The notes under the pieces are model-generated. The model was given only the letters and a program-made list of their open reading frames with translations, did no database searches and was not told the DNA's origin. From NCBI GenBank assembly GCA_964512765.1, contig CAZEKF010000005.1, forward strand, positions 6,414 to 70,413: a stretch of DNA of 64,000 nt, given 5' to 3'. Every line of letters begins with the position of its first letter. Within the stretch, counting starts at the first letter, position 1. Shown piece by piece: positions 1 through 7,127 of the stretch. Position numbers and translations under genes: made by a program. Origin of the DNA: an uncultured Methanosarcinales archaeon. Lineage in GTDB: Archaea > Nanobdellota > Nanobdellia > Woesearchaeales > GW2011-AR15.

Positions 1-142
1 TTAATCAAAAAACTCAATTTTTTGTCAAGAACCAGTAACGAAAAAAACTAATTTTATCGACGATAAAAGAAATAACAAGATATTTAAAAAGGTATCTTAA
101 AAATTTCAGCAATCTTTATAAATTCGTATATTAATCTTTTAG

Positions 143-190
143 AATGGGGTTGGAGGAATTACTCTCTGTGCGGTGGGGCGAAAGTAAGAA
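143..190. other. G-rich conserved element, copy A (partner copy at 23556-23594)
   Basis: GGAGGAATTACTCTCTGTGCGGTGGGGCGAAAGTAAGAA lies directly 3' of the helicase stop codon. The core TGTGCGGTGGGGCGAAAGTAAGAA (167-190) nearly matches TGTGGGTGGGGTGATAGTAAGAA at 23572-23594. Both cores are preceded by GGAGG. These are the only two GGTGGGG runs I found. Confidence 0.35.
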
Positions 191-191
191 T

Positions 192-1766
192 TTAAAATTT
201 TTCTATGCTTGTTTGACCTTTTCTTTTACCTTTCTTAACTTCTTTTATCTCCTGGCCGACTTGTTTTTTTAAATTAGAAGCAACTTTATTTCCTAATAAT
301 TGTGTTAGTTTTGTTATGTCTGTTTTTTTAATATCTCCTATATCTCTAATTCCGTTCTTGAACAATCTTCTTGCCCTTATCCTACCAATGTTCTTCAATC
401 TTACCAAAGGAACCAGTTCTTCTTTAACACCTTTTTCTAATCTATATCTTGTTTTTCTGATTATCTTAATCAAATCTCTGAAATTCAAAATCTTACTCAA
501 TTCTTCACTTGAATATAAGATCCAGTCACATAAATTACGTTTAACATGCAACTCACCTGGTGCAATGTTAAACTCCTCAAGAATATCATCTTCATTATTT
601 TCATCCATCCAAGATCTTAAAGCAAGGCTTGTTTTAACTGATTTAAGAAAACCGTCATATTCTGGTTCAAACACGCTTGGTTCAAAAACAATTAACTCAG
701 ATGATAACTCACCTAGTTCTGCTTCGATTTTTTCAACTTCTTTAACTCTAACAGATGACAATGGTCTTAACTCTAATGTTGAACATGACATCTGCAAGAA
801 AGAATACTCTGTTGTTATTTTCTGGGTGGCTCTTCTTAACGCAGTTATGATATAATGCGCTGTGTACGGATCCAAATATAATTGTGCAACTCTTAACCCT
901 AGTAATGTAACTTCCAATCTATCTTCTTGTTTTTTTGTCAATGAATCGGCAGAAACAAAATCATCTTCAACTGTTGAGTTTCCTTTGATAAACTCCCATT
1001 CTACAAGATATTTTAAAATCTTGTTAATAATGTTCTCAAGCTCTCGCATATCCCCATACTGATATCCATAGAATGTTTTTTCAAAAAATTTGACTAAATC
1101 TTCTTTTGAACGTGCAAAACCTGTTGCTATTAAGCTTAAACAATATGTTCTTAACACTGGTTCAACCGCTAGCTTGGACTGAATATCTTCTGGATCTGCG
1201 TTAATAAACCTGTTAAGAATTTCTTCAGCTTCAGAATCATTTTTTGCAATACAAATTGACTCTCCAAATTCATCGTTATAATCTGGACGACCAGCTCGAC
1301 CGCTACATTGATGGTATTCTAATGTTGGGATGTATTTAAATCCCCATCTGCCACCATATCTTTTCAAATCTTTCATGATAACACGGAATGCTGGCATGTT
1401 GATGCCTAGGGCCAAAGTTGGCGTGCTTGCAATAACTTTAATCAAACCCTTTCTAAAATTATCTTCAACTAATTTTCTTTGTTCAGATGCTAACCCTGCA
1501 TGATGAAACGCCGTGCCTTTTCTAACACATAAAGCAAGTCTTCTACACTGTTTTGTAGGAGAAGAAAACACTTTCAAAATCTTATTATTCAATTCATCTA
1601 ACTCTGGAGAATTTGTTTTTATTTGTTTAGATATTTTTTCAGCAGTTGCTTCAGCTGATCTTCTAGTGTTACAAAACACCAATGCTTGTTTACTCTTCTG
1701 TATAGTGTCAAGAGCAATGTCAATAGCTGGATGATCTGTTAACTCAGGAATAGAAAGTTTTTTCAT
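192..1766 (-). CDS. Ski2/Hel308-family helicase, C-terminal half only (RecA2, winged helix, ratchet and HhH domains)
   Basis: The translation starts at the helicase C-terminal (RecA2) domain (QALVFCNTRRSAE, HHAGL, STPTLALGINMPA, QCSGRAGRPD). It continues through Hel308-like ratchet and C-terminal HhH regions. No Walker A or DEAH domain is present. The gene has its own TATA-like box (TTTTATATA, 1792-1800) about 25 nt upstream of the ATG. Confidence 0.8.
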   Translation of the reverse strand: MKKLSIPELTDHPAIDIALDTIQKSKQALVFCNTRRSAEATAEKISKQIKTNSPELDELNNKILKVFSSPTKQCRRLALCVRKGTAFHHAGLASEQRKLVEDNFRKGLIKVIASTPTLALGINMPAFRVIMKDLKRYGGRWGFKYIPTLEYHQCSGRAGRPDYNDEFGESICIAKNDSEAEEILNRFINADPEDIQSKLAVEPVLRTYCLSLIATGFARSKEDLVKFFEKTFYGYQYGDMRELENIINKILKYLVEWEFIKGNSTVEDDFVSADSLTKKQEDRLEVTLLGLRVAQLYLDPYTAHYIITALRRATQKITTEYSFLQMSCSTLELRPLSSVRVKEVEKIEAELGELSSELIVFEPSVFEPEYDGFLKSVKTSLALRSWMDENNEDDILEEFNIAPGELHVKRNLCDWILYSSEELSKILNFRDLIKIIRKTRYRLEKGVKEELVPLVRLKNIGRIRARRLFKNGIRDIGDIKKTDITKLTQLLGNKVASNLKKQVGQEIKEVKKGKRKGQTSIEKF

Positions 1767-1846
1767 GTAATGTTCAAAGATAATTTTTCAGTATATAAAA
1801 GTATTTTTAGTAAATTTAATAAGTTCCTTTGTTTCAAGGTATTATT

Positions 1847-2077
1847 ATGAATTACAGATTCTTACTATATATAATAGCTGCAATGATACTCTATGACCTC
1901 TTGATTCATATTGTCTGGCTATTGAAAATAGAAGATTTTTTCTTAAAAAGAAAGCTTAACTTCTGGCCAAACTTTGGTAAAGGAAAAAAATATAATAGAA
2001 ACCTGTATCAAACATTTTGGACTATTTACTGGGGTGTTGCTCTATTATTAGCTGTGATTTTAATTCTTAATAATTAG
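1847..2077 (+). CDS. small hydrophobic protein, hypothetical
   Basis: In-frame ATG at 1847 preceded by AAGGT. There are two predicted hydrophobic helices. No recognisable family. Confidence 0.3.
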   Translation: MNYRFLLYIIAAMILYDLLIHIVWLLKIEDFFLKRKLNFWPNFGKGKKYNRNLYQTFWTIYWGVALLLAVILILNN

Positions 2078-2085
2078 AAAAAAAA

Positions 2086-2209
2086 TGGGCCCGATCGGAT
2101 TTGAACCGACGACCACTCGATCACCGACTGATAAGTTATCAGTCGAGCGCTCCATTATCCCATCACCAGGGTACAACCCTAGCGAGTGACCAGACTAAGC
2201 CACGGGCCC
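2086..2209 (-). tRNA. tRNA-Ile(GAU) with two introns (about 34 nt in the D-loop at ~2153-2186, and 15 nt at 37/38 at ~2122-2136)
   Basis: The reverse complement reads GGGCCCG TG GCTT AGTCTGGTCA [34 nt] GAGC G CTCGA CTGATA[15 nt]A TCGAG TGGTC GTCGG TTCAAAT CCGAT CGGGCCC A. Removing the two inserts gives a full 75-nt cloverleaf. D-loop intron borders are approximate. Confidence 0.85.
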
Positions 2210-2266
2210 TTATACTCTCAGAATTAAAGCTATATTTAAAAAAATTGCGATTAATTAACCTTTTTT

Positions 2267-2359
2267 CACTGGACAATATAACAAAATCATCTCTCCTCTT
2301 ATTCATCATTAAAATATACCACTGGACTCACTGGACATTTTCACGTGAGACTTATAAAC
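2267..2359 (+). promoter_or_regulatory. CACTGGACA-box promoter module, locus 1 (drives LAGLIDADG gene 2398-3063)
   Basis: CACTGGACA at 2267-2275. Tandem CCACTGGACTCACTGGACATTT at 2319-2340. After a 14-nt gap comes CTTATAAAC (2351-2359). The ATG with a GGTGA RBS is about 40 nt further on. Confidence 0.6.
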
Positions 2360-2397
2360 TAAATCACCCAATGCAATTAGATAAAGGTGATTTGTTT

Positions 2398-3063
2398 ATG
2401 AAAAAATCTCACATTATTATTCCAAAGAAAATGAGTCCTGAGTTGGCTGAATTAATAGGAATTTTAATGGGTGATGGATATCTTTATAATGGAATCAACA
2501 AATATACAATTGGGATTGTTGGGCACCCAAAAACGGATTTTGAATATTATAAATATATAGTGAATTTAATCAAAGATTTATTTAATAAAAAAGTACAAAT
2601 AAAGAAAATTGGACGTGGAATAAGAATAATATTCGATTCAAAGGAGATATTCAGATTTATAACAAAATATATCCCTTATTACAAAGGTGGAAAATCTGAC
2701 AAAATAATTATTCCTAAAGAGCTATTACAAAGGTGGAACCTTACTAAACACACAATTAGAGGAATTGTAGACACAGATGGATCAATATTCACTTCCAATA
2801 AACCTGGTTCTCCTAATTATCCTTCAATTGAGATTACAACATCTAGTAATAAATTAGCTATTCAGTTAAAAAATATATTACAAGATAATGGTTTCAAAGT
2901 TGCAAAGATTTGGAGTTATAAATCCAAGAATAGTAAAAAAACCACATATAAAGTTCCTTTAAATGGGGTTAACAATATAATTCTCTGGATGAGTCAAATT
3001 GGGTTTTCTAATTTCAATAAAGAGAAAAAAGCAATTGAAATTTTAGAAAAAAGTGGGATCTGA
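2398..3063 (+). CDS. free-standing double-motif LAGLIDADG homing-endonuclease-like protein
   Basis: Two LAGLIDADG motifs (LAELIGILMGDGYL and IRGIVDTDGSIF) about 100 aa apart. GGTGA RBS lies 8 nt before ATG 2398. The longer track ORF from 2101 runs antisense through tRNA-Ile and is rejected. Confidence 0.75.
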   Translation: MKKSHIIIPKKMSPELAELIGILMGDGYLYNGINKYTIGIVGHPKTDFEYYKYIVNLIKDLFNKKVQIKKIGRGIRIIFDSKEIFRFITKYIPYYKGGKSDKIIIPKELLQRWNLTKHTIRGIVDTDGSIFTSNKPGSPNYPSIEITTSSNKLAIQLKNILQDNGFKVAKIWSYKSKNSKKTTYKVPLNGVNNIILWMSQIGFSNFNKEKKAIEILEKSGI

Positions 3064-3192
3064 GGGATTTGAACCCTCGACACCACGGTGACTAAATACC
3101 GTTCACTAGGTACAACCTAATGGTGATGTGCTTCAGCCGTCTGAGCTACACTTATTAGGTGTATGTGCTCTCCCAGGCTGAGCTAAGATCCC
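3054..3192 (-). tRNA. tRNA-Phe(GAA) with two introns (24 nt inside the anticodon stem at 3140-3163, and 41 nt at 37/38 at 3090-3130)
   Basis: The mature sequence reconstructs exactly as GGGATCT TA GCTC AGCCTGGGA GAGC A CACGG CTGAAGA CCGTG GTGTC GAGGG TTCAAAT CCCTC AGATCCC A. Intron 1 is flanked by GAGC-ACA-TACAC...GTGTA-GCTC-AGA, a 4-bp helix with 3-nt bulges. Intron 2 contains TCAC-CAT-TAGG...CCTA-GTGA. Confidence 0.85.
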
Positions 3193-3242
3193 ATTTTAAA
3201 CTTCAAAAAAACATCTTAGCTTAAAATGTTTTCTAAAGTATA

Positions 3243-3396
3243 AGCCTCCGAAGGGACTTGAACCCTCGACCTGCTGATATCGTGACAAACTTTTCTTAAG
3301 TGGGCTTGAGCCGCAGGCGAAACCCACGAGTTTTGCTCAAGCTTTTCTTAAAAGCTTGTTACAAGTCAGCCGCTATAGCCACTAAGCCACGGAGGC
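3243..3396 (-). tRNA. tRNA-Thr(UGU) with an 81-nt intron at 37/38 (~3279-3359)
   Basis: GCCTCCG TG GCTTAGTGGCTATAGC G GCTGA CTTGTA[81 nt]A TCAGC AGGTC GAGGG TTCAAGT CCCTT CGGAGGC U. The discriminator is U. Confidence 0.85.
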
Positions 3397-3454
3397 GTGT
3401 TTTAGCCTACGGGATCCGAAAATCAAACTGTTTGATTTTTGTAGCCACGGAGGC
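3397..3454 (-). repeat. 58-nt leader that starts with an exact 12-nt copy of the tRNA-Thr 5' end (GCCTCCGTGGCT), followed by a hairpin
   Basis: agccacggaggc occurs at 3443-3454 and again at 3385-3396. Between them lies the hairpin AAAATCAA-ACAGT-TTGATTTT. A TATA-like ATATATAAATA (about 3476-3488) is centred about 28 nt upstream of the first copy. Confidence 0.6.
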
Positions 3455-3496
3455 ATACTCTCCTAGAACTAACTAAATATTTATATATGTTTTTAT

Positions 3497-4162
3497 TCAG
3501 AACATCTGTTTATGCTCAGATAACGGTTTTCTTAGGTCAGAAGCTCTGTTTAGGTTAATGTAAAACTTTAGATCTTCAATAAACCTTTCTGAAGCTCTTC
3601 TTAACTCAATTTCTTGTTCTCGCATTCTATCTTTATATATCATTCTTAGAAAGAAATCTTCTAACACTTTTCCGAGCATGAACTCTGAACTTTTTTGGAA
3701 CCAATTATTAATATCAAGTTCAAGGACAGCGTTAAACCACAATAAAAATTCTCCTACGTAAGGTTTAATTTTTTTGCCTTTGTACATGATTTCAACTCGT
3801 TTCATGTTAGTTGTAAGAACATCAATGTACCATTTAAACCTAAAAAAAGGATGATCTCCTCCTGCAATTCCTGCATGACTTTTTTGTATTCTCCACCAAA
3901 ACCTTATTTCTTTATGATCCTGTTGGTCCCTATATTCACCGTAAAAATCTTCAAACCATTTATCTCCTTTTGGCGAAGTCCAACCTTCTTCACTAAGCCA
4001 ATGATACATGTATCTGTATATATTCTCTAAATGAAGCACTCTAACTTGTTTAATCTGGGTACTGTATACAAGTAAATTACTTTCACCCCAGGTTGCGTCT
4101 GATGGAGGCGGTGCCCATTGTGATTGAATTCCTGCTGGGTGTTTAGGGGTCCAAGTAGTCAT
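3497..4162 (-). CDS. hypothetical Trp-rich protein
   Basis: Intact 221-aa ORF, co-directional with and immediately downstream of the two beta-helix surface-protein genes. No family recognised. Confidence 0.45.
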   Translation of the reverse strand: MTTWTPKHPAGIQSQWAPPPSDATWGESNLLVYSTQIKQVRVLHLENIYRYMYHWLSEEGWTSPKGDKWFEDFYGEYRDQQDHKEIRFWWRIQKSHAGIAGGDHPFFRFKWYIDVLTTNMKRVEIMYKGKKIKPYVGEFLLWFNAVLELDINNWFQKSSEFMLGKVLEDFFLRMIYKDRMREQEIELRRASERFIEDLKFYINLNRASDLRKPLSEHKQMF

Positions 4163-4233
4163 ATCTCAATTAATAGTCTCAATTCTATATAAAATTTTCG
4201 GAAAAAGGTATACTGGTTTACTAAAGAATATAA

Positions 4234-7107
4234 TCACTTATGTGACAAGACTTTATCAATAGTATCTTTGTCCCATTTCGCTAATTCTAATTCCTTCCTA
4301 ATTTGTTCATCTGACTGTCCTTCTCTTCTACTTTCTGCTACATGGTCTAACAGGTTCTGAAATTTAACATTTACTTCATCTATTTCAACTTCCTTTTTTT
4401 TGTTTTTCCTATTAATTAAGAAAATGAAAAATAATGCAGTAACAAACGCAGGTAAGATCCATGTTTTAAATCTGCTATATAAAAGTTTTATTTCAGTTAG
4501 TAGATTATCTGGTTCTAAAATTACTCTCCATTCATCAACAGGCGTTTCTTCTCCTTTGAATGTTATTGCGAACGTTGACAATCCTTCTGACTCAGCTTTA
4601 AAATAATGAACATCATCAATTGTTTCAATATAAGTTGTGTCTAATTCAACCCAGTCACTATCTATGAATTTAGTCATAACAACATCTTCAATTTTCTTTT
4701 TATGCTCTTTTAACCATGATTGGTTAACACTGAACTCTATTTTTGAAGATGTCACTTCTTTATTATCAATTTCATCATGTTCTATAACTATATATTGAGC
4801 AACAGGTTTACGAATTTCTCTTATTTCTTTTGGAGGCACGTTTCTGTTCTTTATCTTTATAGTTGGTTTATCATACCCTTTTTTGGTTTCAAAAACTACC
4901 TTCCTAACCTGTTCTGTCTCAGGTGTTACTGTTACTGGAGTATCTGCAACTATCTGTTCCAAAACTAAGGTTTCACTTTTTTCAACAACACAATATCCTC
5001 TATAATCACCATGATCTAAATGTGCTCTTGCAGCTGTTTGTGGAACGCATAACTCATGTTCGTTTCCAACAACATGACAAAGTAATGTTTTATGAGGCCT
5101 ACACGCTCCTTTGACAGGTGGTTCTTCAGTATTATCCACTGATGGTTGTTCTGTTTCATCTATTTGGTTATCTGGTATAGTATTATCTTCTGTAACAATC
5201 TCTTCTTGAACATTTTCAGTTATTTCTGTTTCTCCTACAATTGTATTATTTATTTCTTGGTCAACTATCTCATCGCTCTCTGTTGTGATTATGGTTACAT
5301 TTGTTTCTGGAATAACTGGCTCACTAACAATAATTTCACCTTCTGAAGGTACAAATGCTGCTGTATAAAAAGAGTGAAGACTATTAAATGGAAATTGAAC
5401 GTATCCTGTATTAATCTTATTTAATTCAGTATTAATGCTTGATCCAGATAAAGACAACCATTTTTGAGTTTTATTATCAAAGTAATATAAGTTAATACTT
5501 GATTCATCAAACAAATCTGGATCGTCTTCATAATGAATATCCATATCTAAATATCCACCTGATGAATCAAGTCTATAATAACCTCCTATATTTGTCAAGT
5601 TTAGGTTTTCTGGCAATTCATTTTTGCCAATATTTTTTATCCTAACACCTCGTATTTTATTTGCTGAAATCTTATACCCATCTCCAACTATTGTATTTAA
5701 AAAAACATTATTTTCACTTCCACCTAATCTGTCATTTATGTCAACTTCTATCTCATATCCCTCATTAACTTCTACCCTATTGTTCTCAAATAAATTATCA
5801 TTACCTATAGACCAAATGCTGAGTCCTTTTTCATAAACATCAGCTAAAAGTTGAATTGTATTGTCTCTAATTGTATTTTCTCTGCCATGAGTTATGTAAA
5901 CTCCAAAAACTCCTATGCTAGTAGAGGTTATTTTGTTATTTGAAATGACATTATTTATAGGACCAATATAAGTTGGACTATAAGATGAACTAACCGGATT
6001 AAATGATATATGAATTCCAGTTCCTTTATGGTTAGCATACTTATGAGTGGTATCTGTTATTACCTTAATTACATTATTGTCAACCAAAGTATCATTTGAA
6101 TGAAGGTAAATTCCTGCTGCAGGTGCATCTGTATTTTGCTTATTAACAATTATTTCATTATCAATTACCTTTGGTGAAAATTTTGGTAATAGTGAAATTC
6201 CACCTTCGCTAGTAGTTATTTTATTTTCCTTTATAATCAAGTCAGAGACAGCTTCATCAGATATTACATAAATACCACTCTCTGCGTCAATAGTATTTCC
6301 TACAATTTGGCATCCTGTACATTTATTATAAAATCCAATAGAGCCGTCCCCTCGTCTATATCCTTCAATTGTTTTGATATTATTATTTGTGACATCAATA
6401 TTTTTTGAAAATCCTTTTTCAACAGAACCTGTTACATATACTGCTCTTTTATAAACCTCAAAATCATTATTCATAACATTTCCATTTGTGATATCGACTA
6501 ATACAACTCCCCTGCTTGGCTCAATTGGTTGAAATGTATGAGACAGAGGGTCGTATTCACTTCCTGCCACTGCACTCAATGAAGAATATATATTATTTTC
6601 TCTAATTTCAATATTATCTGCATTACTAAGTGAGATTCCAACTTTAAAGTCAATTAGTTCCAAGTTTTTAATAACAATATTATTATGTCCTTCACCAGTA
6701 ATTGCTGTCCCTTTTCCATCACTTTTAATTGAATAGCCATTACCATCAATTGTAATATCTGAAGCACCAACAGTCAAACAAATGCCTGAAGTAACAATAT
6801 CATTTTGTAACACAATGTTTTGTGTAACTGTACCACATGCTGTCCCATCTGTATCGTCTGATTCTAAATCAAAATTGTTTAAGAAGACTGCATAAGTGCC
6901 AAATTCTGTGAGTTCTCCAGAACGAAATTTATTTGATTCTTTATCATGTGTAGATGTCTCAATAAGAACCCATTCTGATAATGATTCATCATATTTTCTT
7001 AGTATTAAACTATCTTCAGAAGCTCCATCTAACAAAGATTCGTCATATTGTAAGGAAAAATCAATGAAACTACCTGGGTCTCCTTCGTCCCACCTTTTTG
7101 CAATCAT
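4234..7107 (-). CDS. large cell-surface protein with right-handed parallel beta-helix (NosD/PbH1-like) repeats, a PGF-pre-PGF-like domain, a C-terminal TM anchor and a short cytoplasmic tail
   Basis: Repeated N/G/I-rich beta-helix turns (ITIDGNGYSI, NNIVIKNLE, NNIYSS and others). Acidic T/E/I-rich linker. A single hydrophobic segment ILPAFVTALFFIFLI is followed by NRKNKKK. There is no N-terminal signal peptide in the ATG-defined ORF. Confidence 0.6.
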   Translation of the reverse strand: MIAKRWDEGDPGSFIDFSLQYDESLLDGASEDSLILRKYDESLSEWVLIETSTHDKESNKFRSGELTEFGTYAVFLNNFDLESDDTDGTACGTVTQNIVLQNDIVTSGICLTVGASDITIDGNGYSIKSDGKGTAITGEGHNNIVIKNLELIDFKVGISLSNADNIEIRENNIYSSLSAVAGSEYDPLSHTFQPIEPSRGVVLVDITNGNVMNNDFEVYKRAVYVTGSVEKGFSKNIDVTNNNIKTIEGYRRGDGSIGFYNKCTGCQIVGNTIDAESGIYVISDEAVSDLIIKENKITTSEGGISLLPKFSPKVIDNEIIVNKQNTDAPAAGIYLHSNDTLVDNNVIKVITDTTHKYANHKGTGIHISFNPVSSSYSPTYIGPINNVISNNKITSTSIGVFGVYITHGRENTIRDNTIQLLADVYEKGLSIWSIGNDNLFENNRVEVNEGYEIEVDINDRLGGSENNVFLNTIVGDGYKISANKIRGVRIKNIGKNELPENLNLTNIGGYYRLDSSGGYLDMDIHYEDDPDLFDESSINLYYFDNKTQKWLSLSGSSINTELNKINTGYVQFPFNSLHSFYTAAFVPSEGEIIVSEPVIPETNVTIITTESDEIVDQEINNTIVGETEITENVQEEIVTEDNTIPDNQIDETEQPSVDNTEEPPVKGACRPHKTLLCHVVGNEHELCVPQTAARAHLDHGDYRGYCVVEKSETLVLEQIVADTPVTVTPETEQVRKVVFETKKGYDKPTIKIKNRNVPPKEIREIRKPVAQYIVIEHDEIDNKEVTSSKIEFSVNQSWLKEHKKKIEDVVMTKFIDSDWVELDTTYIETIDDVHYFKAESEGLSTFAITFKGEETPVDEWRVILEPDNLLTEIKLLYSRFKTWILPAFVTALFFIFLINRKNKKKEVEIDEVNVKFQNLLDHVAESRREGQSDEQIRKELELAKWDKDTIDKVLSHK

Positions 7108-7127
7108 TACTGTTATTGGACCACTTA

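Noticed and set aside
316-1734. Plus-strand ORFs 316-855, 862-1062 and 1513-1734, antisense to the helicase gene
   Set aside because: They lie wholly inside a well-supported minus-strand CDS and have low-complexity S/L/F-rich translations typical of antisense frames in AT-rich DNA. The same reasoning applies to the many other 60-220-aa antisense ORFs in the track, for example 4400-5836, 8257-9144, 28876-29517, 40354-41397 and 58646-59626.
2101-2397. N-terminal 99 codons of track ORF 2101-3063
   Set aside because: This part runs antisense across tRNA-Ile and the promoter module. The LAGLIDADG domain starts at ATG 2398, which has a GGTGA RBS.
3066-3086. Apparent stem-loop ACGGT-ATTTAGTC-ACCGT suggesting a tRNA with a UUA (stop-reading) anticodon
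   Set aside because: It gives an 8-nt loop and a 6-nt variable region. Removing two introns instead yields a perfect tRNA-Phe(GAA), and this hairpin is simply part of intron 2 plus the 3' anticodon stem.
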